Source of the DNA: Octopus sinensis
Taxonomy: Eukaryota
Length of the DNA: 64,000 bases
NCBI RefSeq assembly: GCF_006345805.1
Contig: NW_021833108.1
Coordinates: forward strand, 5,899-69,898
Direction of reading: 5' to 3'
Positions 1 through 13,059 of this stretch are shown piece after piece (within the stretch, counting starts at the first letter, position 1; the number at the start of each line of letters is the position of its first letter). The notes beneath the pieces were generated by a model. That model ran no database searches. It was given only the letters and a program-made list of their open reading frames with translations, and had not been told where the DNA came from. The position numbers and the translations under genes were made by a program.

Positions 1-234
1 AGGTATGAATGTCAGGTTAAGGTTTAAGTCACCTTTGCTAGCTGAAATATCTCATCTGCGTACGCCACGACTACAGATGATAGCATTAGTTCGCTAACTG
101 AACTGGTTGATCCTGGCCGTTAATAACACAGTCTAACGCTATAGTTGTCCTTGGGTAGCAACTGTTATTTCCTATTTGCTTACCCCTAGAAAGTTTGCAA
201 AAATGGCTAATATTTCCTTCAAACTTTGCTTTTG

Positions 235-412
235 TTACATTTATTCAAATCTGAAAGTCTTCTTCTTAACTCATGGCTATGATGTTCCCCCACTACTACT
301 GCTCATGATCAGAGATGCACATATTGTCAGCCACTAAGGGTGATGCTCAACTGGTTATGGTCAAGCAACTGACAAGCAAATCTGTGGTATGGAGCAGAAT
401 ATTTGCTATAAT
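235..412 (+). repeat. Unclassified interspersed repeat, copy 1 (homologous to 41150-41360)
   Basis: 'ggctatgatg..atcagagatgcacatat..agccactaa.gg..atgctca.ctggtta..gtcaa.caactgacaag.aaat.tgtggtat...agaatatttgct' occurs at both loci. Confidence 0.75.
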
Positions 413-636
413 GATATTTATGCTTCAGCAACACAGCGCTGAATCTGTCCGAAGTATAATGGAAAACAGGTCAGTTTAAAACCATTGATGTCCAGATCAG
501 AAAAGCAAAGTTTGAAGGGAATAGTAGTTATTTCCTTCGATTTTTAGATAGAAACAAATAGGAAATAACACACCAAAAACAATAAAAAATTAAGATTTTC
601 TTACACAGCATATACCATATATATATTATTTACATA

Positions 637-1172
637 GGCGTAGGAGTGGCTGTGTGGTAAGTAGCTTGCTTACGAACCACATGGTTCCGGGTTCAGTCCC
701 ACTACGTGGTACCTACCTTGGGCAAGTGTCTTTTACTATAGCCTCAGGCTGACCAAAGCCTTGTGAGTGGATTTGGTAGACGGAAACTGAAAGAAGCCCG
801 TCGTATATATGTATATATTTATATATATGTATATATTTATATATATATGTATATATTTATATACGTATATATTTCCTGAGCGCCATACTAATACAATTGT
901 TTGTTTGTTTTCCACCTGCCTTCGTCTTTTGTCTATTTTCATAAAGCTTCCCGTTATATATTTATATGTATGTGTGTGTATATGTTTGTGTGTCTGCACC
1001 AACCAATATCGCTTGACAACCGATGCTGGTGTGTTAAGTCCCTGTAGCGGTTCGGCAAAAGAGACCGACAGAATAAGTACTAGGCTTCCAAAGAATAAGT
1101 GGGGTGGATTTCCTCGATTAAAGGCAGTGCTCCAGCATGGCCACAGTCAAATGACAGAAACGAGCAAAAGAG
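637..1172 (+). mobile_element. SINE family A, full length (tRNA-derived head, CORE-like box, internal microsatellite, CR1-like tail)
   Basis: A-box-like 'tggctgtgtggt', B-box-like 'ggttcagtccc', 'ccttgggcaagtgtc', then (TA/TG)n, then tail 'cggttcggcaaaagagaccga...ggcagtgctccagcatggccacagtcaaatgacagaaac'; more than 10 copies in the window. Confidence 0.85.
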
Positions 1173-1779
1173 AGAGAGAGAGTAATTTGTTGTCTGTTCA
1201 TCCACTCAGCATCAAAATATGTTGTTCGTTGTTGACCCATCTACCGAAATTGTTCGCATCCAATGATTCTGCATTCCATGATTTCAGCTTGTATAGTTAC
1301 ATGCTATTTATCCATATCTGGGACCCTAAGAGGTCCTAATACCCAATCCCTAACGGGTTAGAATAGACCTGAGGACAATAATGGTTAAGAGGTAGTTCCT
1401 CATTCTTCAAAACCTTGAAACTTCTAATCAGGATGCAGTTTAAAATCATACCTAGGCAAAAAAAAAAAAAAAGCGATGCTCCAGTGGGAGCAGGATGAAA
1501 TAAATCGTCAGGGCTAAACAAACCGGGGCCTGCAAAAGAAGATTAATTGTCATGGCATGAAAAGAAAGGAGTTTCAAAGATTTAGGGACAGGAATTCTTC
1601 AATGAAAGGATATTAATGAAGTTAAAAATCTTCTTGAATCCTCCAGTTTGGGCGCAGTTAAATGGCTGAAACCACTAAAAGATCATGAGAATCTAACGAA
1701 ACTATTGAAGTAAAACATGTATACATATGCACACACAATGTTGCGGACATGCACAATGATACACGTGTGCACGTAACCA

Positions 1780-2385
1780 CTGTTGCACATGCAAACACAA
1801 ATACACAAAGACACGTTTAATACGTACATATATGCGTGTGTGCGTGTGTTTATGTATGTGCGTGTGTGTGTATATATGTGTGTGTATTTGTATATGTATG
1901 TACATATGCGTCTATATGTATACGTGTGTGTTTGTGTATATATATACGCATGTTTGTGTATGTGTGTGTGTATGTGTGTGCATGTGTATATGTACATGTG
2001 TGTGTATGCATACGTGTGTATGTGCGTGTGTATACGCGAGTGTGTGTGTATGTATACGCATGTGTGTATATGTATACGCGCGTGTGTGTATGTATGTATA
2101 TATGTGTATGTATACGCGTGTGTGTGGGTATATATGTGTGTATGTGTTTATGTATATATGTATATGTATGCATATGTGTGTGTGTGTGTCACTAATTTCT
2201 CTGATGTTAATGAAGTCAATACGTTTTATTGACAGACATTTATTGCCAGTGAATTGGATGACGAAAACCACTGACCTCTGGGCGGTCATTGGCCTAGAAT
2301 ATTTCATGTCAGTCGTCTGCTGTCTAAAACGGCTGCACAATTGCATATGCACTAACACGCACAGATGCAACCCCGCACGCACATT

Positions 2386-2437
<52 letters not shown>

Positions 2438-2920
2438 TACACACATAAACACATGCACTCGCTCCCGCGCACGCACACAAACATTCTACATTGCACCAGT
2501 TACATTCAGATATGAACACACGTGTTTCTCTCCCTATCACATTTTCTTCGTTTACACCCAAACATCTATGCATATACGTATGTGTGTGTATATGTGTGCA
2601 TATATATATATAATATATATATATATATATAATATATATATTATATATTATATATATATGTCTGTGTGTGTGTATTTAATTGGTGATTTTAAATTAGATT
2701 AAAACGGAACGGAAAAAATGGAAGAAAACGGAAAAATACAGAAAAACAGTCTAAATATCTAGACACAGACACTAACAAATATACTCGTGCGTGCGCGCCT
2801 GAATAAGAGAATCTTGTGTGTGGTGTGGTGTGTGTGTGTGTGTGTGTGTGTGTTGTGTGTGTGTGTGTGTGTGTGTGTGTATGAGTATGTGTGTTGTGTG
2901 TACATACATACATACATACA
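1780..2920. repeat. Compound degenerate (TG/TA/CT/CA)n microsatellite block
   Basis: Direct inspection; source of the spurious VCVY/HTHT ORFs. Confidence 0.9.
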
Positions 2921-3059
2921 AGTTTCGGGTAAGAAATTTGTAGACAGCTCTGCAAAGCCCGTCAATAGTTATTGGCTATCTGATGTCATCAGACAGTGGA
3001 AATGCTGCTGCTGCTGCTATTAGCATTGTACCAGGAATTCCATAGTATCCGTCGAGTTT

Positions 3060-3550
3060 ATGTAGATAGACAAATAATGGAAAATGGGGTTAACGACATA
3101 CTTTATTTAAAATTTGACCAAAATGGAAAATTTCTACCCTCAGCCCTTTCAATCGCATCCACGACAGAACATTTTCCCCGAAACTATTCTGCTTATTCCA
3201 GTTCTTCTGGGCCGAGCACATCGGTCCAGTTCTCCCCGTTGGAAGTCTGTGTCAAACCAAATACCGAACAATTTAACCGGTCGGTCCATCCAGTGTCCGC
3301 AATACTGTTGAATGACATTGATTTGCCTTTCCCCAGTACCGAGCTGTATGCTCATCGATTTCCCGTCAGATTTTGCTCTTGTCACCACATCGTATTCCTT
3401 TAGAGCAGTACCGATCATCTCAGTTTGTTTTGGTTTTTGACACTGTTACGATAACGTCGTTGCATATGCAAACATGGATCTTCCGCATTTTAGTTCTCAT
3501 GGGATGTCTCCAGAAACCTCCAATCATTGCAATAGTGGCACTAGGGCAGG
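3060..3550 (-). pseudogene. Tx1/L1-clade LINE reverse-transcriptase fragment (degenerate)
   Basis: Minus strand reads LALVPLLQ*LE...GRSMFAYA(DD)VIV, with the YADD motif broken by a 1-nt deletion near 3455, then ALKEYDVVTRAK...VKLFGIWF (ORF 3149..3418). Confidence 0.75.
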
Positions 3551-3639
3551 GGAAATTTTTTAGTGAGGTGGACAAAAAATTCCAACGAAAAAGAAACGCG
3601 GATGAATCACAAGTTTTAACTCTTATATCTGTGTTAATC

Positions 3640-3826
3640 TCTATATATATAAAACTGAGAATGTGTGTCTGTCTGTGTGTTTCCCTAAAACTTGAGAACT
3701 ACACAACCAATTTCATTCAAATTTTACACATGCTTTACTTAAGGTCCGGGGAGTGTCATCGGCAAAATTTTTTTTAACTTTTTGCCTAGGGCGAGCCCAC
3801 AGCAATATCATATCTTCTCCACTACC
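3640..3826 (+). mobile_element. Non-autonomous Helitron 5' fragment
   Basis: 'a|tctatatatataaaactgagaatgtgtgtctgtctg...ccctaaaacttgagaactacacaaccaatttcattcaaattttacac' matches the 5' end of the complete element at 31286. Confidence 0.75.
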
Positions 3827-3939
3827 TGTTAATCTAGGGTGTCCGGTGTTTTTATCTCTCTCATTAAATCATCATTTTTGTTATGAAGTGCCACAATCTC
3901 TCTGTCCGCTACTTCTTTCCTTGTTATTTTTGGTTGGAC

Positions 3940-5090
3940 TCTTTATGTTGTTGTTTTTTTTTTGTTGTTGTTGTTTTTTGGTTGTGGTTCTACTTGTTTT
4001 GGTTGGTTTTCATTTTCCATTTTTCTTTTGCTAATAACTTTCTTTGTTTCTGTTTGTTTTTCTTTCTCTTCCTCCTCATCTTCAGATTCCTCCTCGCCTT
4101 CCTTGCAGTATTTTTTTACATAGCCCAGCTGGCCACACTGAAAACAACGGGGTTTACGCTCTTCGACAAAAACGTTGAGGAACTCCTCCCCAACTTCTAT
4201 TTTTTCTGGAAGCTGCTCTAATATAGCCTGTTCTGTTTGAATTAACAGGTGGACCGTGTGACCGGTCAAATTTGCCTTTTCTGAAACGGTAGCTTGAAGT
4301 ATTGTTACCTCATCTGCTCTTTCTGCCAGGACTGCCGCCATCAACCACATAGGGTCGACTTTTAGGTAGGACGTTTGGTATTCGTATTTTGGATGTTCTC
4401 ATACCCATGTATATTGGTATTAAAATCACGTCTTCTGTTCCAAAGGATTTTACGAGTGCAATGTGCAGTTTCAATGTTTTTTAGGTGTACCTCTTTGGTA
4501 CCGAACCTTTTCCCTCTGGCTAGATATGTTATATCCTGCCAGATGGGCTTTAGACATTTTTCAACCTTCTCCTCGCTTACTAGTTCGATTTTTATTTCTT
4601 TTCGGCAGTATGGTTTAAACATAATTGTTTTTTTTTCTTCTCTGTCAATGAAAGCTCTTCTGGGGGTTGATCCTTGACAACGCCGTCTTGAATTATTATC
4701 ATGTACATTAAAATGTCACTTTTCTTCGTCGACAGATGACAAGTTCTGTCTCCATCTGCAGACGTAAAACTTCTTTTTGTTTACCCTTCTCCATTTGAAA
4801 TCTTTTCACTTCGACACTCTTCCCTGCAACGTCAGTCCTCGGCAGACATGGGAATTCGCTCTCAGACGAATCCAAAACATCTTCCAACAATATTCTTTCC
4901 ACCTTTCTGACCTCCAAATCTGTCGAATCCTCGTCAAATGAATACAAACTTTTGGGCATCTTGCCAGCAATTTAGTGTTTCGCCCTACAGGGGAAAACAC
5001 ACAAATAAAACAAGCGTCAACACGGAAACAGTCAACGGAAACTACACTTACTATACAGACGCACTTCGGCAACAATACCAACACTTCCAA
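3940..5090 (-). pseudogene. LINE ORF1 (gag-like, zinc knuckle) and 5' region, probably Tx1 clade; frameshifted
   Basis: ORFs 4708..4959, 4362..4622 and 3943..4350 are colinear; RKPRCFQCGQLGYVKKYC is a CX2CX4HX4C knuckle with H->Y; same strand as, and upstream of, the RT fragment at 3060-3550. Confidence 0.7.
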
Positions 5091-5095
5091 TTCAC

Positions 5096-5482
5096 ACAGA
5101 CGAAATACCTATTTCTTTACTGCTCACAAGGGGCTACACACAGAGGGGACAAACAAGGACAGGCAAACGGATTAAGTCGATTACATAGTAACTGGTACTT
5201 AATCGATCCCGAAAGGATGAAAGGCAAAGTCGACCTCAGTGGAATTTGAACTCAGAACGTAAGGACAGACGAAATAACTATTTCTTTACTACCCACAAGG
5301 GGCTAAACACAGAGAGGACAAACAAGGACAGGCAAACGGATTAAGTCGATTATATCGACCCCAGTGCGTAACTGGTACTTATTTAATCGACCCCGAAAGG
5401 AATTTGAACTCAGAACGTAATCGCAGACGAAATACCGTTCAGCATTTCGCCCGGCGTGCTAACGTTTCTGCCAGCTCACCGA
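5096..5482 (-). mobile_element. SINE family B tandem multimer (Meta-domain-like core, Tx1-like tail)
   Basis: Reverse complement of 'ggcggcgagctggcagaaacgttagcacgccgggcgaaatg...gagttcaaattcc...gtcgactttgcctttcatcctttcggggtcgat..aagtaccag...ttgtcccctctgtgtttagcccc', repeated head-to-tail. Confidence 0.85.
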
Positions 5483-5503
5483 CCCCTTAATAATAATAAT
5501 AAT

Positions 5504-6528
5504 ACTGTTCTCAGTATTTAAGGAAGCTGACAACTACAAACAAGAAATCATACCACCTAATAAACACAAAGAAGAAGAAGAAGATGATGAAGAAACAACA
5601 AAAGCTATAAAACAAATGAAATCCAAACTAAAAATAGAACAGCAACGAGCCATGATAAAATGATGGCAAGAAAAGCCCCTTCATGGTAATACTGCACTAA
5701 ACTAAACGCAAAAGAAATAGACAAAGAAAAATCCCAGCAATGGTGAGAAGCTCAGGACTCAAAGCAGAAACAGAGGGATTTTTAATTGCAGCACAAGACC
5801 AAAGCCTCCCCACCAGAAATTACCAAAAACATGTAATGAAAAGAAATATTACAAGTAATTGCAGAATATGTGGAGATGGACAAGAAACAATAAATCATAT
5901 TATCTCTAGCTGCCCAGTCCTGGCTAAGAAGGAATATATTCACAGACATGACAGAGTTGGAACCTACATACATTGGAAGCTATGCCAACATTATGGAATA
6001 ACAACAGAAAAAAGATGGTATAGGCACACACCAGAAAAGGTCACAGAAAACGAGAAAGCAGCCATACTCTGGGATATGCCGATACACACAGATAGAGAAA
6101 TTAAGGCCAACAGACCAGATATAGTTGTCAGAGATCATGAAGAAAAAAAATGCTTTCTAATTGACGTATCAATACCGGCAGATGACAACGTGTCTCTAAA
6201 AGAAATGGAGAAACTCTCAAAATACAAAGACCTGGAAATAGAGGTAACTAGAATGTGGAACCTGAAAACAGAAACAATTCCTATCATAGTAGGTGCATTA
6301 GGCATGATAAAAAAATATTCAGACAAATACATAACAAAAACACCAGGACTTACAAACACATATAACATACAGAAAATTGCACTACTAGGCACTGCACACA
6401 TCCTACGCAGAACACTTTCCATACAATAACCATCAGAGCATCACAACAAATCACAGCACATACCCAAGGCACACAGAGCTGCGCTCGGTAGTGAAGTGAA
6501 AGCACGCTATTAAAAATAAAACTACTGA
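5504..6528 (+). mobile_element. R4/Dong-clade non-LTR retrotransposon, 5'-truncated (CCHC finger, restriction-like endonuclease, 3' UTR)
   Basis: ORF 5740..6429 has CRICGDGQETINHIISSC, RHD, RPDIVVRD..CFLIDVSIP..KEMEKLSKY (PD-D/E-xK RLE); flanked on both sides by (TAA)n. Confidence 0.9.
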
Positions 6529-8724
6529 ATGATAATAATAATAATAATAATTATAATAATAATAAAATGATAATAATAATAATAATAATGATAATAATAA
6601 TAATAATAATGATAATAATAATAATAATAATAATAAAATACTGTGTGCAGAGAGATATAATCACTTATGGAATGATTTTATATGATCTCTTGATCAGTTG
6701 AAACCTGCAGCTATCGTTTTTTAACACTGAAACAGGACTTTATATGAAACAGTTTCCGTAGCTAATCGTTCAACTAAGGGAATGGCCATTTATTCAAAGT
6801 AACATATGGATAAAAGACGTATATGTTAAATTAACTTAATGCTATTGATTACATTTGTAAGAAAACCTCAACTTTTCTCTGTTACAGACATAAGAATTAC
6901 CATTCCCTACTAAATCCGTGATGTTGAATTCAGATCTGTGAATTAGATTTCCTTATCGTGTCCAGATTTTGTGTAACCAAGATACACGCTTTTTTCTTCA
7001 TTTCTCGGATTTATAGCTTCAACAGACTAAGTTACTTGCCTGTGCCATGCTTTATGTTGGTTTGATTTAAATAATATTAAGAGGGTTGCTCTTCAGACAC
7101 ACAGTAATATTTCGCTAGCGAACTGGCATTCTGGACACCTAATCATTGAAAGAGCTCTTGTTCTGTTTGAATCAAGCATTATATTTCGATTGAAGTTCCC
7201 ATATCTGCTTTCCACAACAGAGATCTGCTAGTGGAAATGTGTACCATGCTCTTCAATTATAGCCCCAAGTTTGGTAAGGAAGAAGTGAAGAATATAAAAA
7301 ATGAAATTTAAGGAACATCCACCATCGTTTTCTTTCATAATATTTTATCATATTACCTGCCAGTTCACAATAGGTTTTAGCTCTATGTATCCATGAAAAA
7401 TTTTAAACCCCAACATGGCTGCAGTCAGAAGATTGAAACAGCTAAAAGGTAAAAGGTATCAACGTTTGATGTATTTTTGTTGGTGAAGTCACCCATTTAA
7501 TTTGTAACCTCACATTAAACACGGCAATTGCGAATGACATTATTTCTTTTACTTTTCAATCAAACTGCTAAGACAGCATTGCACTGTGCACAACAAATAT
7601 GTGGTGTTCAGTTCCTCTTGTTTCCTACTTACAACGAAAACTGTACTTCTAGGCAAATTTTATTCCTAATACTTTCGATGTTTCTTTAATTGTTCTTGCG
7701 TGTGTATTGCCTATACACATTTTTTTGTTGAACGACATCAAATAGACAAGCAGATTTAATAAAATTAATTATAAAACTAGATGCAAATTGCAATCTCCTC
7801 CTCACTATGCCCTTAGATTATTTCTACAAGTGGATCTTAGAAGGAGATTTAAGCATGCATAGCGATAACGTTTTAGTTATTTCTAGTAAAATAAACGGGC
7901 ATAAATATAGCGAAAAAACTTATTTAGTATCTTTAAAGAAAGAGCGCTTATTATCACTGTAACTAATAATGGGACAGTCAACTTCTTCCATGATATGTTA
8001 AATCTCAACACAACTAAACACTAACAGTAGGAAACAAAACTGAAAACTCATTCACACCATCAAAAGATACAACCTTCCTACCACCAAAATATTTCCATCT
8101 GAAAGAAGTTTTTTTTTTTTTTTGCAGCCCTAATTCGCCCGCAGACTGGGAACAAGAAACTTCGAGTTGTGACTTGCGTAGGATCAGCATTGAATTAATG
8201 TTTTCCACTCCACCTAAGAATATTCAGTACTTCGTTCTATAAATTGCAACTTAATAATGCCACAAGCTGACTGAAAGAGTGTCTCTAGACCGATTCTACG
8301 TGCAGAAAACCTAAATTACAATTGATGAGAGCCTGACTATAATTTACTTAAAGATTTTTACTCTCTGGATTTGAAGACTCTTCTCTCAATTTGTTACCAC
8401 TAACGTAACACACACACACACACACACACACATGCAATTTACCCACAACCATGAATGTTTTCTTTTTCTTTGTATCTAAGTAGGCGATCTGCAAGAAAAA
8501 AGATGCACCACGCAGATACAGTTGTCCTCTTGATCTCAATCAAAGGCTCCTTTTCTTTCGGGGAATTCGTGATAATTGAAATTTTCTCTTCCTTTCATTT
8601 GGAATAAGTGTTAAATTCCACAAGGAACTCGTTTACTCTTCCCCCGAAGGGAAAATAATTCCATTTAGGCAGGAAGTACTCTTCAGTATGATTTTTGTTA
8701 TACCGTTGTCTTCATGTACATATT

Positions 8725-8920
8725 CTTTTATTCTTTTGCTGCAGCACCGCCTTTAGTCTAATAAATCAACCCCAGGACATAGTCTTTGTAAGCCTAGTAC
8801 TTATTCTATCGGTCTTTTTAGCCGAACTGCTAAGTGACGGAAACGTAAACACACCAACATCGGTTGTCAAGCGATGGTGGGGGGAGAAACATAGACACAA
8901 ACAACAAACACATACATACG
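8725..8920 (-). mobile_element. SINE family A 3' half
   Basis: Reverse complement of the tail 'cgcttgacaaccgatgttggtgtgtttacg...cggctaaaaagaccgatagaataagtactaggcttacaaag'. Confidence 0.8.
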
Positions 8921-9077
8921 TATATATACATACATACACAGACACACACATATATATACACATACATACATATATACACACACATATATATATACATATA
9001 CACATATATATACATATACACATATATATATATATATACACATATATATCTATATACATACATATACACATATATAT

Positions 9078-9110
<33 letters not shown>

Positions 9111-9537
9111 TACATATATATATACATACTATATATAAATATACATATATATATTATATATATATTATATATATATTATATATATATATATATATTATAT
9201 ATATATATATATATATAATATATTATATATATATTATATATATACAAACATATGTTAAATAATTGTAAACTGCAACCCTCACCCTTTGGGAGAAGGAGCT
9301 TTGGTTTTTTTTGAAAATTGAATTGTGTCCCTGTTTGGGGAAATTGACAATATTCTCACCGTTTATACGGAAGCATTTTTGTTAGAAGGCCTTCGATAGA
9401 AGAAAGTCCAAAAATGAATTTCGCTGCAGCCGTCGGCGGGCGCGAACTCATTAAAATTAAAATGGAAGAAATACAAACCTATTTCGGATTGATCAACGAC
9501 AAAGGCAGTGAATCTAGGATAACACCATCAAACGAAA

Positions 9538-10096
9538 TAAAAAATTAAATTAAAGAAAAGACTATTGTCTATAAAGTATACAATGTAGAGAAAAAAAAAG
9601 ATTTGAAAACCTGGAGGAAAGCACCTTCGAAAAGTGTCTTGGTGCGACTATGAAAACTATCTAACCAGAGGCGGTAAATTCGCCACAATACAAGCAAGTT
9701 TCGAGTCAACGGAGACGCAAGGGAGTACTCGACTCGAACCTTGCAAAGTGGAAATATTTTATTTTTACCTTTATATCTGGGACGTCCTACGTCCCAGATA
9801 AACATTTAAAATGTCCCCCCAGAAGTAGAGGTAGGCTGGATTGTAGTCACACTTCTATACAAGAGGGAGGACAAGATACAATTGGTCGAAATTGCAAGAG
9901 ACGGGATTACAATTCCAGTCTGTTATATATTTTGAGTATTGTTATCACTAGCGATATCAAGATATAACTTTGTATTTTGTATTTTATGTGTAGATGTAAT
10001 ATATATATAGATGTACATGTAATATGTACACCTATATATACACATATATACATGCACTAGCACTATGACCCGGCAACGACAGTGTCATAATTCTAG
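9538..10096 (+). mobile_element. Non-autonomous Helitron 3' portion ending in degenerate hairpin + CTAG|T
   Basis: Near-identical to 31763-32327; ends 'gacccggcaacgacagtgtcataattctag|t'. Confidence 0.8.
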
Positions 10097-10100
10097 TATA

Positions 10101-10228
10101 TCGATATATATGAAACTGAGAATGTGTGTCTGTCTGTCTGTGTGAATCCCTAAAACTTGAGAAGTACACAACCAATTTCATTCAAATTTTACACATACCT
10201 TACTTAGGGTCCATGGAGTGTCATGGGC
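10101..10228 (+). mobile_element. Helitron 5' end starting 5 nt after the previous Helitron 3' end
   Basis: 'a|tcgatatatatgaaactgagaatgtgtgtctgtctg...ccctaaaacttgagaag' matches the 5' termini at 3640 and 31286. Confidence 0.75.
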
Positions 10229-11155
10229 GAGGCTCTGGGCGACGTTGGGTCGACTGTCCACAGCTACCAGCCCACAGTCGACGCTATGGCGCCCAGGGAT
10301 TGGGTTGGGTTGGGTTGGGTTGGGTTAATTTCCACTATATATAGAGAGAGAACTATAGCACGAAGGCAGCATAAAAAAACAACCCTTCCTCAATTGTTGG
10401 CAGATTTGCGAGCAGTCCAACAAGATGCGTCTTCGTCAAAGCAATTGCTCCCGCAAAGCAAATTAAATAAAATTTGAGATACGTGGAACGTCAAAGCTGC
10501 TAACAAAAACAGGACAGAGAAAACATTCGGTAAGGTTTGTTTAACCCTAGCGAGGTGAAGTGGTGAACGCTGGAGAAAAAAGACAGGCAAGAATGCGTCT
10601 TATAGTTATAAGCTGAACGTGAAGAAAAAGAATTACATTTAGAAATAGAGATCTATAATTATTGAGGACAGAATTTGAGTTAGAAATAGAGAACTATAAA
10701 TATTGTATTATGTATAAAGTGGTGGCTTACATTCCGTGTTTCCAATTTCTCTGTAAAATATAAGATAGTCGCAAAATCATCGCACATGTCACCATCGATT
10801 ACAAACACCGGTGGAAGATAAAAGTTCCAGAGGACATTCTTGTTCCTTCGTTTGTACAAGGATCGTATTATGATTCGGCTTAATGTATAGAAATATATAA
10901 AAACCAGAATAGAAAATAAACATCTTAGAAATATAAAATGAGATAACATGAGATATCAAGGTGTTATAAACTTGAAACCTACTAGAATATCATAGATTAT
11001 ATATTAAGTCATCCAATCAGTTCTGTCCAATTTTACCTTTTTTTTTAGATTTGAATGAAATTTAATAGTATTTTCAAATGTCTAATTCAATTAAAAATTA
11101 TTTTTATGCATTTATGTACGTTTAAACTAATTCAATATTGTTTTACAAAATAATA

Positions 11156-11525
11156 GAGGGTGTCCACAAAGTCTGCGTACATGGGGATTAACACATACTT
11201 TCAAAACAAAACAATTTTATTTAATTATAATGTTAATAAATAATATTTTCAAAGTGATTTCCATCATTTTCAATGCATAACTTGATGTGCCTTGCAAAAT
11301 TCAGGTGAACTTGATTAAATAAGTCTACATTGCCATCAATTTCAGCACACTGATTGGTAATGCGTTCTCTCATGTGTTTTAAATCTGTAATCTTTATTGT
11401 AATCTTTCTCTTTCAACATACTCCAGAAAAAGAAATCAAGGGGAGAAAGGTCTCGTGAACGAGGGGGCCTTTCCATTTGAGCCCTTCTTCCAATCCAGTG
11501 AGGAAAAGTGTCATTAAGCCAATCT
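11156..11525 (-). mobile_element. Tc1/mariner-superfamily transposon 3' end (mariner/maT-like transposase C-terminus and TIR)
   Basis: Minus strand reads FPHWIGRRAQMERPPRSRDLSPLDFFFW...CIENDGNHFENIIY*; TIR-like 'ta|gagggtgtccacaaagtc' at 11156. Confidence 0.8.
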
Positions 11526-11547
11526 CTAAGAATATGGGGTATACTAA

Positions 11548-11745
11548 AGGCGGCGAGCTCGCAGAATCGTTAGCACGCCGGATGAAATGCTTAGCAGTAT
11601 TTCACCCATCGCTCCGATCTGAGGTCGACTTTGCCATTCATCCTTTCGGGGTCGATGAATTAAGTACCAGTTGTGTACTGGAGTTGATCTAATTTACTGG
11701 CCCCCTCCCTCAAAATTTCAGGTTTTCTGCCTATACTAGAAAGGA
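11548..11745 (+). mobile_element. SINE family B, internally deleted, with the alternative tail
   Basis: 'ggcggcgagctcgcagaatcgttagcacgccgg...gaggtcgactttgccattcatcctttcggggtcgat...ccccctccctcaaaatttcagg'. Confidence 0.8.
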
Positions 11746-12042
11746 TTATTGGATGTACAAATTTTACAAATTAGACACATTTCTGAAAGCTGGTACCTAA
11801 ATATTAGTGACTTGTAGGGACAGGGTACTTCGTTAAGCAACCATAATATGCTACAAACTATATTAATCGTTTTTTTTTTTTTTAATTTTTATCAGTCAAT
11901 ACATTTCTACTGTGTTAGCAGTGCTATAACATCGCTTGTTAAGATTATCTTTAAAGATAACCTTAACATTGATATTTCTATTGCTTAATCTCCCCCTAAA
12001 TTACTTTATGATTAAACCATAGTGTAATGGAACAAAACGTAG

Positions 12043-12420
12043 CAGCATCGAGGCTACCATCCTGGAATATCGTCTGCGATGGGCGGGTCACGTAGCATGA
12101 ATGAAAGAATGAACATTTTATATGGTAAACTTTCCACTAGAAGACTCCGTGGCCGTCCCCTCCGTCGATACAAGGATCAGCTGAAGCAATGCCTAAAACT
12201 GACTGGGATCGATCCTAATGCTTGGGACATTGAAGTTCAGGACAGGCCCGGTTGTATTATTCCATCAACACTGTGGCAAATCAGAGGAAAGAAGAGAAAC
12301 GACAAGAAAGAAAATGGCGGCTGCATCAATCAAAGCCTCCACCACGGGTCCCTTGTGAATTTGCAAAATACGCTTCCATGCAGGAAATGGCCTTATTAGT
12401 CATCAGAGGCATAAACACGG
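12043..12420 (+). pseudogene. RTE-clade (BovB-like) LINE C-terminal fragment
   Basis: SIEATILEYRLRWAGHV...ILYGKL..RGRPLRRYKDQLK..GIDPNAW..DR, plus a frameshifted C-terminal C2H2-like motif (CEF/CKIRFHAGNGLISHQRHKH). Confidence 0.8.
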
Positions 12421-12665
12421 ACAGAGGGGAAGAAGTGGTCAAGAAGAAACCAAATAAATTATCGGACACACGATAAAACTCCGCCGCCGACGACGACGAC
12501 GAAAAGGAACAATATGAGGGCGCTGTTTTGCTGGTTGAGATGTGATTGCTGAAGATGTCGATCGAGAGAAGTCTTGAATATTGAGGTTGTGAGCTTCATG
12601 CATGTTTCTGAGTCGTTGATTCTTTAACGATATCAGAAAGAATGAGGACAACAGAGTTAAATATT

Positions 12666-13059
12666 GGTTTCAAATTTTGGCACAAGGCCGGCAATTACAT
12701 GTTCAACTGGTATTTATTTTATCGAACCCGAAAGGATAAAAGATAAAGTCGACCTCTCGGTAGCATTTGCACTCCAAATGTATACACGGACGAAATACCG
12801 CTAAGCGTTTTGTCCGGCCTGCTAACGAATTTACCAGCTCGCCGCCTTAAAATTTTGACACAAGGCCAGAAATTTTGAGGGAGGACCTAAGTCGATTACA
12901 TCGACGCCAGGGTTCAACTGGTACTTACTTTATCGACCCCCGAAAGGATGAAAGGCAATTTAGACCCAGGTGGCATTTGAACTCAGAACGTAGAGACGGA
13001 CGAAATGCCGTTAAGCGTTTTTGTCCGGCGTGCTAACGATTATACCAGCTCACCACCTT
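12666..13059 (-). mobile_element. SINE family B dimer flanked by a 16-bp TSD
   Basis: Two units in tandem; 'aacagagttaaatatt' at 12650-12665 and 13060-13075. Confidence 0.85.

Noticed and set aside
12465-12625. Minus-strand frame INDSETCMKLTTSIFKTSLDRHL... as a CR1 end or exon
   Set aside because: Only a 9-residue resemblance; insufficient support
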